64,000 bases of DNA, from NCBI GenBank assembly GCA_030432655.1, contig JAUILA010000021.1, forward strand, positions 1 through 64,000, written 5' to 3'. The notes beneath the pieces were generated by a model, which was not told where the DNA came from, ran no database searches, and worked only from the letters and a program-made list of their open reading frames with translations. This document shows positions 30,801-40,492 of the stretch, piece after piece. Position 1 is the stretch's first letter; each line of letters opens with the position of its first letter. The position numbers and the translations under genes were made by a program. This DNA is from Bacteroidia bacterium. GTDB lineage: Bacteria > Bacteroidota > Bacteroidia > Cytophagales > Cyclobacteriaceae.

Positions 30801-30998
30801 GGTAACCTGAACGAGTGATTGTCCCTCCAGACGGGGGTCTGGGATCGGCAGATCGCCGGTAAGCTGGAAGAGTACGATAGGAGGGGCGTAGCGTGGACGC
30901 TACCACCATCATTGGATTAAAGAATACGTCTCCGTAGCTGCTGGATCTCGGGTTACACGACCTTCGGTCGCATCCCCGAGATGACAGCACGTGAGTAC
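30786..30998 (+). repeat. ~210-nt structured repeat element, copy B
   Basis: See copy A. Has a register-shifted hairpin, cggc-agatc-gccg, where the other copies have gggatc...gatccc. Confidence 0.7.
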
Positions 30999-31208
30999 CT
31001 GTCACCCCCGTCCGAAAATCTGAGCGAGTGCTTGTCTCTCCAGACGGGGGTCTGGGATCGGTAGATCCCCGGTAAGCTGGAAGAGTACGATAGGAGGGGC
31101 GTAGCGTGGACGCTACGACCATCATTGGATTAAAGAATACGTCTCCGTAGCTGCTGGATCGCGGGTTACTCGACCTTCGGTCGCATCCCCGAGATGGCAG
31201 AGAATGAG
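30999..31208 (+). repeat. ~210-nt structured repeat element, copy C (overlaps the annotated ltaE ATG)
   Basis: Tandem to copy B. The element's terminal ccccgagatgRcag supplies the ATG at 31194. Confidence 0.7.
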
Positions 31209-31238
31209 AAATACCGTGATTTTTCCTATTTTTCACCT

Positions 31239-32261
31239 ATGATCATCGATTTGCGCAGTGATACTGTAACCAAACCCACTCCGGGAATGCTGGATGCCAT
31301 GATGTCGGCTGAGGTTGGCGACGATGTATTCGGCGAAGACCCCACCGTCAATGCCCTGGAAGAAAAATGCGCTTCGCTTTTTGGCAAGGAGGCCGCCCTG
31401 TTTTGTCCGTCCGGTACCATGACCAACCAGATCGGGATCAATATCCTGACCAGTCCTTACGAGGAAGTCATCTGTTACAGGAACAGTCACATTTACCTTT
31501 ATGAAGGTGGCGGAATTGCCGGCAACAGTGGATTATCATTCCGTTTACTGGATGCCGATAACGGCCGGCTCACCCGTGACCAGGTGGAAGCGGCCATAAA
31601 TCCGGATGACGTTCACTTTCCCCGCACTTCAGTGGTTTCACTGGAGAATACGGTTAATAAAGGCGGAGGCTCGTGTTACGACCTCAATGAAATCCGCAAG
31701 ATCAGCCGTCTTTGTCGTGACAGAGGCCTGGGACTGCACCTGGATGGCGCCCGCTTGTTTAACGCACTGGTGGCCAGGCATGAATCGCCCAGTGATTACG
31801 GCCGGCTCTTTAATACGATCTCTCTCTGCCTGTCGAAAGGACTGGGCGCCCCGGTCGGATCGGTTCTGATTGCCGACAAATCCCTGATCGCCAAGGCGCG
31901 CAGAATGCGAAAAGTATTCGGCGGAGGAATGCGCCAGGCAGGATTCCTGGCGGCCGCAGGGATCTATGCACTGGATAATCACGTTAACCGGCTTGAGGAT
32001 GATCACCGGAGGGCGACCACCCTGGCGGCGGTGCTTTCCGCCTGTTCCTGGGTAACCGAAGTGTTCCCGGTGGAGACAAATATCGTCATTGTGAAGTTGA
32101 AAGAAGGCCTGACCAATGAACAGGTTTTAGGAGAATTCAGCGAAAAAAATGTACTGGCAACGGGCTTTGGACCTGGGTTGATCCGCTTCACAACCCACCT
32201 GGATTTTACTGATTCACATCTTGAGGAGGCCGTTAAAAAGCTTCGCCCGATATCCTTTTAA
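31239..32261 (+). CDS. ltaE: low-specificity L-threonine aldolase
   Basis: [14 protein letters not shown] start is typical of LtaE. Class-I/II PLP aldolase sequence. The longer ORF from 31194 starts inside the repeat element. Confidence 0.8.
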   Translation: MIIDLRSDTVTKPTPGMLDAMMSAEVGDDVFGEDPTVNALEEKCASLFGKEAALFCPSGTMTNQIGINILTSPYEEVICYRNSHIYLYEGGGIAGNSGLSFRLLDADNGRLTRDQVEAAINPDDVHFPRTSVVSLENTVNKGGGSCYDLNEIRKISRLCRDRGLGLHLDGARLFNALVARHESPSDYGRLFNTISLCLSKGLGAPVGSVLIADKSLIAKARRMRKVFGGGMRQAGFLAAAGIYALDNHVNRLEDDHRRATTLAAVLSACSWVTEVFPVETNIVIVKLKEGLTNEQVLGEFSEKNVLATGFGPGLIRFTTHLDFTDSHLEEAVKKLRPISF

Positions 32262-32268
32262 GAGGGAG

Positions 32269-32445
32269 TTAGTAGGTTCGGTCCCGCACATGTACAAGGT
32301 AATAAACAATGGCCGCCGCGAAGATAAGGGCGAAAATTGTCCATAAGATCTTATTGGTTTCGCTAAGCCGGGTATTCTTATTCCATACATCGTAAATAAC
32401 CCAGACAGCGCAGGCAATTCCCAGTAACCAGATTAATTTAGACAT
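32269..32445 (-). CDS. PLDc_N-like small membrane protein (58 aa)
   Basis: Not in the supplied track. MSKLIWLLGIACAVWVIYDVWNKNTRLSETNKILWTIFALIFAAAIVYYLVHVRDRTY matches the PLD N-terminal small-protein pattern (xIxDV...K.LW......P..G.I.Y). Its ATG overlaps the stop of the upstream EamA gene (ATGTCTAA). Confidence 0.5.
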   Translation of the reverse strand: MSKLIWLLGIACAVWVIYDVWNKNTRLSETNKILWTIFALIFAAAIVYYLVHVRDRTY

Positions 32446-33320
32446 TCTTATTTCGTTTGCTCACTAAATAAACACCTGCCATGATAATCAGCGCATAAAT
32501 CACAGTCAGCAAATCAAGCTGATCTTCACCGGCAGCAAGGGCAACAATGGTTGCGAATACAGGCTGAAGATAAATAAAAATGCCGACAACCGAAGAATCA
32601 ACATAGTTGAGTGCCCAGGCATTAAGCAGGTAGACGACAAACGTAGCGGCAAGTACCACATATCCCAGGCTCCACCAGGTAAGATCCGGAAATGATGACC
32701 AGTCCGCTGAGAACACCTGCTGCAACCCAACCGGAACCATCATAAGCGCCCCATAAAGAAATACCCACTTCAGCACGGTGGCATGATGATAAGTCCGCAT
32801 AAGTGGTTTTACCAGTACCAGGTAGGTGGCATAAGTGATGCCGTTAAGCAGAATGAATAAGTCTCCTGTAAACGTACCATTCTCCAGCGAAACACCCCCT
32901 TTGGTAAGCAGCAGAAGCACACCGGCCAACCCGACAAGCACACCTGTGATCTTCATCATCGTCAGTCGTTCATGCCTGAGAAAAGCCGCCACCATCAACA
33001 CCGCAATCGGGGTGGTGGTCATGATCAGGGATGCGTGGATGGGCGTGGTGAGGCTAAGCCCTTTGAAATAGAAGAACTGGTTGATCGCCGTGCCGAAAAA
33101 GGCGCAGCGAATAAGCAACCAGTGATCACGACGCCTGACTTTCTCAGTGGGAAAAGTCCGCGCAACCATCCAGAACAACAAGGTGGAAACCGAAACGCGC
33201 ATTACCACGAACGCCAGCGGCAGGAGATACTCCGGCACCACATATTTCGCAATAGTATAATTCGCCCCGTAAATAAGCGTGACTAGCAAAAGGGCAAGGT
33301 AAACCAGGGCGGTACGCGGC
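32438..33320 (-). CDS. EamA/DMT family transporter
   Basis: 10-TM protein with two EamA-type repeats. Likely start is MPRTALVYLALLL at 33320, since the long ORF N-terminus is not protein-like. Confidence 0.7.
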
Positions 33321-33379
33321 ATAGGTAAAACTATAGATTGCACATGGAAAATCTTACCTTTACAGGGTAAATTACAACT

Positions 33380-34648
33380 ATGTTTGAAACATCCCGCCCC
33401 CTTGCCGAAAGAATGCGTCCCTCCCGTCTCGAAGACCTGATTGGTCAGGAACATCTGACAGGGGAACAGGGAGTGCTGAGGCGTGCGATTCGCGCGGGTA
33501 GTATTCCCTCCATGATCCTTTGGGGACCTCCCGGGGTGGGAAAAACAACTATGGCAAATATCATTGCCAATGAGCTCAAGATCCCGTTTTATACCCTGAG
33601 TGCGGTAAGCGCAGGTGTCAAGGACGTACGGGAGGTTATCCAAAAGGCCCAGCGGCAGCAACATGCCATTTTATTTATCGATGAGATCCACCGTTTTAAT
33701 AAGTCTCAGCAGGATGCACTGCTCGGTGCTGTAGAAAAAGGGATCATTACGCTGATAGGTGCTACGACGGAAAATCCATCCTTTGAAGTAAATGCCGCCC
33801 TGCTCAGCAGGTGTCAGGTGTATACCTTAAAATCCCTGTCAAAGGAGGACCTGCTGTCCCTGATGGACCACGCCCTGCAGAGTGACCCTGAACTGAAGAA
33901 AAAGAAAGTCAATATAAAGGAGAATGAGGCATTGCTTTCCATCAGCGGGGGAGATGCGCGAAAGCTGCTGAACCTGCTGGACCTGGTGGTCAGCCATCTG
34001 CCGGGTGATGATGTGGAAGTGACCAATGAGGAGGTGAAACGAATCGCCCAGCAGCGTGTGGCGATATATGATAAAAGCGGTGAACAACACTATGATATTA
34101 TTTCTGCATTTATCAAATCCATTCGGGGAAGCGACCCCAACGCCGGATTGTACTACCTGGCACGGATGATCGAAGGGGGGGAGGATGTGAAATTCATCGC
34201 CCGCCGCCTGCTTATACTGGCCTCGGAAGACATCGGTAATGCCAATCCGACCGCCCTGGTGATTGCGACAAGTACATTTCAGGCGGTGACAATGATCGGA
34301 TACCCCGAAGCTGAGATTATACTTTCTCAATGCGTCGTTTATCTGGCGTGCTCGCCAAAGAGTAATGCAAGTTATAAGGCTATTAAGAAAGCCAGGGGGC
34401 TCGTGAAAGAAACCGGCGACCTGCCGGTACCGCTGGCAATTCGTAACGCACCCACCAAATTAATGAAGGATATCGGGTACGGAAAAGGGTATCAGTATGC
34501 CCATGATTTTCCGGGGAATTTTGTCCACACAGAGTTCCTTCCCGAGGCCATTTCAGGCACCAAAATCTACGATCCGGGAGAAAACCCCCGGGAGGCCGAA
34601 ATGCGCAAGAAAATGCGGCAATTCTGGAAGGAAAAATACGGTTATTAG
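33380..34648 (+). CDS. rarA: replication-associated recombination protein A (AAA+ ATPase)
   Basis: GPPGVGKTT Walker A. Full-length RarA/MgsA-like, including the C-terminal MgsA domains. Confidence 0.9.
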   Translation: MFETSRPLAERMRPSRLEDLIGQEHLTGEQGVLRRAIRAGSIPSMILWGPPGVGKTTMANIIANELKIPFYTLSAVSAGVKDVREVIQKAQRQQHAILFIDEIHRFNKSQQDALLGAVEKGIITLIGATTENPSFEVNAALLSRCQVYTLKSLSKEDLLSLMDHALQSDPELKKKKVNIKENEALLSISGGDARKLLNLLDLVVSHLPGDDVEVTNEEVKRIAQQRVAIYDKSGEQHYDIISAFIKSIRGSDPNAGLYYLARMIEGGEDVKFIARRLLILASEDIGNANPTALVIATSTFQAVTMIGYPEAEIILSQCVVYLACSPKSNASYKAIKKARGLVKETGDLPVPLAIRNAPTKLMKDIGYGKGYQYAHDFPGNFVHTEFLPEAISGTKIYDPGENPREAEMRKKMRQFWKEKYGY

Positions 34649-34881
34649 GCCCCTCTAAGTCCCTGTCAGTCATCGGGGATATGTGCATCTTGTCGTCAAT
34701 ATTACACACTGGCCGTTTGGCACGATCCGTTTATGGGCATATTTTACATTTCATCGACCGTATTTACAATTAAAATATTTCGGGATTAAATTGTAGATCA
34801 AATACCACACATTTGCAGCTGTTGATATGTGGACTAACCATCCACTTAATTTTTTTTAACCACTACTAAATTTATTGGAGA

Positions 34882-37197
34882 ATGAGGAAAGTTCTATTGA
34901 CCACCTTGTTGGCTGTGATCTCTTTTGCAATGAACGCGCAATTTTCGAGTAATGCTGACATTGATGATCATAATCGAGTGACGATTAATAAGTATCCTGT
35001 CAACGGATACCTTGAGCATCTTCCCGCAGACTACTATTCAAATCCTACTAAAAAATATCCGATGATCGTGATGCTTCACGGACAGTCGGAACGCGGAAAT
35101 GGTACTACTCAACTCTGGATGGCTGCCAAGGCAGGACCATCTTATGAGGCTGAATATAACGGGAAGTTTTGTATAGATGGAGAATGTTTTATAGTGATAT
35201 CACCGCAGCTTGCAGCGGGCAGCTGGACTGCCAGCGCACAGGCTGGTTTCTGGGATTATATCCTGAATCAGCGCGGACTGCGGTACGATCCGGACCGGAT
35301 CTACCTTACAGGGCTTTCCCTGGGTGGTAACGGGGTCTGGAACTGGATAACTTCGGATTATCCCGGAGCTGATAAAATTGCCGCGGCAACGATCAATGCC
35401 GGTTGGGGAAATACCGGACTTGCTTATAAGGTCAATCAGCGTGGAACTTCGACCTGGGGTTTCCATGGAACAGCTGACCCGGTTATTGCTTATAACAACG
35501 GGAAAGGAATGAGCGACGCGGTAAAAAATTCAAGTAACCCGCATGGAGCTGAACACAGGTGGACGGGCTTTGCCAATCAGGGTCATAACATCTGGTGGAT
35601 GACTTATCGCATGGATGATTACTACGTAAGCCCGAATCCTTATCGTTGGATGGCCGGAAAACGTCGTCAGAATCAGTCCGGTGGCGGAGGTTCAGAGCCT
35701 AACCAGGGACCAAGTGTTAATGCCGGTGCGGACGTAACAGTCAATGCGAATACCGGCTCGGGCAGTGTTACTGCTTCGGCAAGTGATCCGGATGGATCTG
35801 TGGTAAGTTACCGATGGACTAAGATCTCAGGTCCGGCAGTATCCATGTGGAGCACCAATACCGCAACACTTGGACTATCAAACTTTGCTGCCACCGGTGG
35901 AACATATGAATTCCAGATCACGGTAACGGATAATGACGGAGCTACAGCTTCTGACCGGGTACGGGTGATCAAGGAAACTGCTCCTACTGGCGGAGGTGGA
36001 ACCGGCGGTGGCTCTAACAGCGCGCCTACTGTTTCAGCGGGACCTGACGTTACAATCCCTGCTTCTTCAGGTTCAGGGAGTATTCAGGCTTCAGCAAGTG
36101 ACAGCGATGGGTCCATCGCCAGCTACAAGTGGACTAAAATTTCCGGTCCTTCTGTTTCCATGTGGAGCACTAACTCATCGAAATTGTTGCTTTCTAACTT
36201 CTCAGCTAACGGCGGTACGTATGTCTTCCGGGTAACGGTAACCGATAATGATGGTGCCCAGGCTTCGGATGATGTCACCCTTGTGAAACAAGTTGCCGGA
36301 GGCGGCACTTCGTCTTCCGGAAATAATGCGCCAACTGTTTCGGCTGGCTCTGACTTTACAGTACCTGCCAGCTCCGGATCGGCAAGTATCCAGTCTTCAG
36401 CCAGTGACAGCGACGGAAACATCGCCAGCTATAAGTGGACTAAAATTTCAGGTCCGTCCGTATCCATGTGGAGTACCAACTCATCAAAACTGTTGCTTTC
36501 TAATTTTGCGGCTTCCGGCGGTAACTACGTGTTCCGTATAACGGTAACCGATAACGGAGGGGCAACCGCTTATGATGATGTTGTGGTTACGAAGCAGGTT
36601 ACAGGTGGTTCAGGTTCAGGCACAGGCATTACTGTCTCTGCAGGAGCCGACATGACAATCGATATGTATACCGGTTCTGCACTTGTGCAGGGAGCAGCGG
36701 TAGACCAGGGCGGCCATATTGTAAAATACCAGTGGACGAAAGTAAGCGGACCCAGCGTATCGATGTGGAGTACCAACTCTCCAAATCTGGGTCTTTCGAA
36801 CTTTGCTGCATCAGGTGGAATTTATGAGTTCAGGCTTACTGTGACGGACGATTCCGGAAACCAGGCGTCTGATGTGATGAGGCTGACCAAGCTGACTACG
36901 CTTTCAGCTTTGAATAATAATAACTTTAACTACACTATCAATAAGGAATCAGGTGAATTCAGCCGCGTTGAGCAGGAAGTTGAAGTGAAGAACTATCGTA
37001 CTGATGGTAATCCCGTAGAATTCAGCAGCACCCAGCCAATGAGAGTGATTATCATGGGCATCAACGGTGTAATGGTGACGGATGAGAAGGTGAACGGAAG
37101 TGTAAATGCCAACATGCTTTCTAACGGTATGTACATTTATCGTCTCGTGACCGAGGAAGGAGTCCTTGTTCAGAAAGGACGAATTATCCGCTACTAG
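34882..37197 (+). CDS. secreted esterase (alpha/beta-hydrolase, GLSLGG) with 5 PKD-like repeats and T9SS C-terminal sorting domain
   Basis: Signal peptide. GLSLGGNG nucleophile elbow. Five repeats of about 95 aa, each with SDPDGS..SY.WTKISGP.VSMWSTN. C-terminal ...NGMYIYRLVTEEGVLVQKGRIIRY T9SS CTD. Confidence 0.75.
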   Translation: MRKVLLTTLLAVISFAMNAQFSSNADIDDHNRVTINKYPVNGYLEHLPADYYSNPTKKYPMIVMLHGQSERGNGTTQLWMAAKAGPSYEAEYNGKFCIDGECFIVISPQLAAGSWTASAQAGFWDYILNQRGLRYDPDRIYLTGLSLGGNGVWNWITSDYPGADKIAAATINAGWGNTGLAYKVNQRGTSTWGFHGTADPVIAYNNGKGMSDAVKNSSNPHGAEHRWTGFANQGHNIWWMTYRMDDYYVSPNPYRWMAGKRRQNQSGGGGSEPNQGPSVNAGADVTVNANTGSGSVTASASDPDGSVVSYRWTKISGPAVSMWSTNTATLGLSNFAATGGTYEFQITVTDNDGATASDRVRVIKETAPTGGGGTGGGSNSAPTVSAGPDVTIPASSGSGSIQASASDSDGSIASYKWTKISGPSVSMWSTNSSKLLLSNFSANGGTYVFRVTVTDNDGAQASDDVTLVKQVAGGGTSSSGNNAPTVSAGSDFTVPASSGSASIQSSASDSDGNIASYKWTKISGPSVSMWSTNSSKLLLSNFAASGGNYVFRITVTDNGGATAYDDVVVTKQVTGGSGSGTGITVSAGADMTIDMYTGSALVQGAAVDQGGHIVKYQWTKVSGPSVSMWSTNSPNLGLSNFAASGGIYEFRLTVTDDSGNQASDVMRLTKLTTLSALNNNNFNYTINKESGEFSRVEQEVEVKNYRTDGNPVEFSSTQPMRVIIMGINGVMVTDEKVNGSVNANMLSNGMYIYRLVTEEGVLVQKGRIIRY

Positions 37198-37223
37198 TCA
37201 GGATTACATATATTGCAATGAAA

Positions 37224-37253
37224 CCCTGCAGGATTTTCCTGCAGGGTTTTTTT
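37224..37253 (+). terminator. rho-independent terminator
   Basis: ccctgcagg-atttt-cctgcaggg followed by T7. Confidence 0.75.
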
Positions 37254-37283
37254 ATCATCATTTTTCAATAATTAGCATGAAGT

Positions 37284-38333
37284 GTGGCCATCATGTATAT
37301 TTACTGCATGTGGTTGGTTGTTCTGGCGTTCAATTCATTCTCCGTCGTAAAGCTTGGAATTTGTTTCCTGGCTGGCCTGGCTGTCGGTTGGTATTATTTC
37401 AGGAGACCGGGACCCTGGAGTAATATTACTGCTTTATTTCATGGATTGTTCTACGCCGGTATTGTGACATTCATCATGGGGATTATGTTATTTCCGGTGC
37501 TTGGCAGGGTCTGGTACGAATTGTCTAAACCTCCCCTGATGTTCAAAAGTAATGATGACTTGAAGCAATTTACTATCCGGGAGTTTGCAGACCCGCCTGT
37601 GAAAGGTTACCTGGAACATCTGCCTCCCGGATATGAGGAGAATGAGGATGATACCTATCCGATGATCGTGTTTCTGCATGGTCTGGCGGAATATGGAAAC
37701 GGGAAGGATAAAATTTACAGAGCGGCTGAGCTTGGGGTACCACGTGAAGTGGAAAAACTTGGTAATTTGTGTGTCACTAAATCGGACGGAGAAGAAGAAT
37801 GTTTTATCGTCATTGTACCTCAGAAAGACGACAAAGGAGAATGGACGGTGGATATTCAAAGGAATTTCTGGAATTATATACTACACGGGCCTCATAATTA
37901 TCGGTATGATCCGGACCGCATATTCCTGACCGGTTTGTCACTTGGCGCACACGGAGTCTGGGCCTGGGCTCATTCCAAAGAGCCCGATGCCGCTTTGCTG
38001 GCCGGAGCTATACCAGTCAGTGGCCGTGGTAAAAATGCCACCTATGCCTGTCACCTGGAAGAAAATGGTATTAACCTGTGGGCTTTTCACGGCGCTGAAG
38101 ACCCGATCCTTCCTCCGCCAATCGCTATGCAGGAATTTAATGCACTGGAGCGATGTCCTGAGGTGACGGGGGCCGAACATACCTGGACCAACGTTCCGGA
38201 CGTTGGTCACTGGATGTATGAACCAATTTATATCAATGACCACCACATGTTCAATCCGAATATATATGAATGGATGGCAGAGACCCCGAAAAAACATCCT
38301 CCGGCGAAACCTTTACCTGTCCATAGCGAATAA
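37284..38333 (+). CDS. esterase (alpha/beta-hydrolase) paralog of the 34882 N-terminal domain, membrane-anchored
   Basis: Shares YLEHLP, ECFIVI.PQ and YDPDRI.LTGLSLG..GVW.W blocks with the upstream gene. N-terminal 2-TM region carries a GPWS motif. Confidence 0.6.
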   Translation: MAIMYIYCMWLVVLAFNSFSVVKLGICFLAGLAVGWYYFRRPGPWSNITALFHGLFYAGIVTFIMGIMLFPVLGRVWYELSKPPLMFKSNDDLKQFTIREFADPPVKGYLEHLPPGYEENEDDTYPMIVFLHGLAEYGNGKDKIYRAAELGVPREVEKLGNLCVTKSDGEEECFIVIVPQKDDKGEWTVDIQRNFWNYILHGPHNYRYDPDRIFLTGLSLGAHGVWAWAHSKEPDAALLAGAIPVSGRGKNATYACHLEENGINLWAFHGAEDPILPPPIAMQEFNALERCPEVTGAEHTWTNVPDVGHWMYEPIYINDHHMFNPNIYEWMAETPKKHPPAKPLPVHSE

Positions 38334-38386
38334 ATTTACTTTCAACCGTAACAGGCGTATCTTTAATGACGTTGAATAGCTGAAGT

Positions 38387-40468
38387 ATGATCTCTGAATT
38401 CTCTTTGTCATATCCTCCCGGATTTGTTCTGCTGTGTATTGCCGCTGGGGTACTTTATGCTTGGATCGCCTACCGTAAAAAAGGGCCCTGGAGTAAACGG
38501 ATGAATTGGATCCTGTTTGCGGTACGTACCATTATTGTGAGCATTCTTGCCATATTATTACTGTCACCTGTACTGCGGCAGACACGGAATTATACGGAAA
38601 AACCGGCGCTCGTAGTCGCTGTTGATAATTCTGTCTCAATTGGCGCTATCTACGATTCAGGCGCACAGGAATCTCTTAATGAACAAATCCTTGATTTCGC
38701 CGGGAAACTGTCATCAGACGATTTTGAGGTGGAGGTCCGGCTGCTCGATGAGAAAAATCCGGAAGAATGGTCGTATTCAGCCGGAAGTACCAACCTGGAC
38801 CAGCTGCTTCAGAATGTTCGTGAGGATTATCAGGGTATGAACCTGGAAGAAGTGATCCTGATCAGTGATGGTATATATAATGAAGGCATTTCTCCGGGAT
38901 ACCGTGAATATCCGTTTGCTATCACCACCGTGGGTGTGGGGGACAGTTCGGTTAAAAAGGATATTTACTTATCCAATGTGCTTTACAACAAAATTGCTTA
39001 CCAGGGCAATCGGTTTCCGCTGGTGGCAACCGTTAGTCAGAATGGCTATGCCCAACAACCGGTAAGGATGGAAGTGCGTCACGGTGGCCGCGTAGTCGGC
39101 AGTCAAACGGTCAACCTTCCCGCTGAAGGCGTACCGCTGGATGTACAATTTTTACTGGACGCAGATGAGGTGGGATACCAGCAATTCGATGTGATCGTCG
39201 AACAACTCGATGATGAATTCTCCAAAGAGAATAATGTACGTACTGCATTTGTCGAGATTGTCGAAGGCAAGCAAAAAATCCATATGGTTGCGGCCGCCCC
39301 GCATCCTGACCTGAAGGCAATTCGCTCAGCCCTGGAGACAAGTGAAAATTATGAGATCAGCCAATTCATACTAAGCATCCCTGCGGAACGTCAGCAGTAC
39401 CTGTCCCTGGATGAATCTGCCGACCTGGTGATTTTGCACCAGCTGCCTTCCTCGTCGGTAAGCGGCTTTAACTGGCAGGAACGACTTAAGAATTCATCAC
39501 AATGGTATATTTACGGTCCGTCTATGAATTTAACGGCTTTTACCGGCTTTAACCCCTGGCTATCGATTCGGCAGATCAGTGGGGAATTCGACCGGGTATT
39601 ACCTGTTTTCAACACACAATTTGCTCCTTTTACTTTTTCTGACGAACTGCTAGCGCAGTTACAGAATTTTCCGCCAATCGCTGTGCCTTTTGGGGATATT
39701 AATATATCACCACAAGCACAAACGTTATTGTTCCAGCAAATCGGGAGTATCCGCACTAACCGGCCGCTGATTACTGTCAATGAGTCAGCCGATCAGAAAG
39801 TCGCTATCCTGCTGGGCTCAGGAATATGGCAGTGGAAACTGACGGATTATGCGGAGAACAAGGATAACCGGATTTTCAATGAACTGGTATCTAAACTGGT
39901 GCAATACCTGTCTACCCGCGATAATAAGGACCGGTTCCGGTTGTACCCGGTGGAGACTGAATATGAACTCGGCGAAGAAGTGGTTTTTGAGACTGAGGTA
40001 TACAATGAACTTTATGAGCGCATTTACGGAAACAAAGTGGCGCTGGACATTACAGGTCCGAATGGCGAGGTGAACAGTTATTCGTACGTTACGAGCCCGG
40101 CAAACAGCAGGTACAGGGTAGGCGGACTTGAAGAAGGGGTGTATCAATATAAAGGTACTACGGTTATTGATGGAACGGAGGAAACCGTGAACGGACAAGT
40201 CGTTGTACGTGGTGTGGATTTAGAAATGATTAATCTGACTGCCAATTTTAACCTGCTTCGTAACCTGGCATCCGGATCAGGTGGTTCGTTCTATTCTCTC
40301 AATCAATGGAATGAACTTGAATCCCGTTATGAAAACCTGGAAGCGCAGGGAGTGATTCACAGCGAAGAAACCTATTTTCCCGCCATCGACCTTTTCTGGC
40401 TGTTCATTGCTATCCTGGTACTCATATCACTGGAATGGGGCCTTCGCAAATATCACGGATCGTATTAA
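38387..40468 (+). CDS. membrane-anchored vWA-like domain protein
   Basis: N-terminal TMs with YRKKGPWS. VVAVDNSVSIG carries a DxSxS MIDAS-like motif. C-terminal TM. Confidence 0.4.
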   Translation: MISEFSLSYPPGFVLLCIAAGVLYAWIAYRKKGPWSKRMNWILFAVRTIIVSILAILLLSPVLRQTRNYTEKPALVVAVDNSVSIGAIYDSGAQESLNEQILDFAGKLSSDDFEVEVRLLDEKNPEEWSYSAGSTNLDQLLQNVREDYQGMNLEEVILISDGIYNEGISPGYREYPFAITTVGVGDSSVKKDIYLSNVLYNKIAYQGNRFPLVATVSQNGYAQQPVRMEVRHGGRVVGSQTVNLPAEGVPLDVQFLLDADEVGYQQFDVIVEQLDDEFSKENNVRTAFVEIVEGKQKIHMVAAAPHPDLKAIRSALETSENYEISQFILSIPAERQQYLSLDESADLVILHQLPSSSVSGFNWQERLKNSSQWYIYGPSMNLTAFTGFNPWLSIRQISGEFDRVLPVFNTQFAPFTFSDELLAQLQNFPPIAVPFGDINISPQAQTLLFQQIGSIRTNRPLITVNESADQKVAILLGSGIWQWKLTDYAENKDNRIFNELVSKLVQYLSTRDNKDRFRLYPVETEYELGEEVVFETEVYNELYERIYGNKVALDITGPNGEVNSYSYVTSPANSRYRVGGLEEGVYQYKGTTVIDGTEETVNGQVVVRGVDLEMINLTANFNLLRNLASGSGGSFYSLNQWNELESRYENLEAQGVIHSEETYFPAIDLFWLFIAILVLISLEWGLRKYHGSY

Positions 40469-40492
40469 GCTCCGGCTGAGTGTTGGTGCCGG

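Noticed and set aside
30727-31236. 169-aa minus-strand ORF (and 20145..20414, 89 aa) running through the repeats.
   Set aside because: The translation is a repetitive low-complexity artefact of reading through tandem DNA repeats (the same peptide recurs). There is no start context.
31194-31238. ltaE start at 31194 as given by the ORF track.
   Set aside because: That ATG lies inside repeat copy C. The conserved LtaE N-terminus ([11 protein letters not shown]) begins at 31239.
32438-33664. Full 408-aa EamA ORF and 236-aa OMP ORF (3038..3748) as called.
   Set aside because: The N-terminal extensions (for example MLLPLGLLDNLPYVLDTCAYRTQ... and MAVIRCLASLWRAI...) are not protein-like. Internal Mets followed by a TM or signal peptide (33320 and 3580) are the plausible starts.
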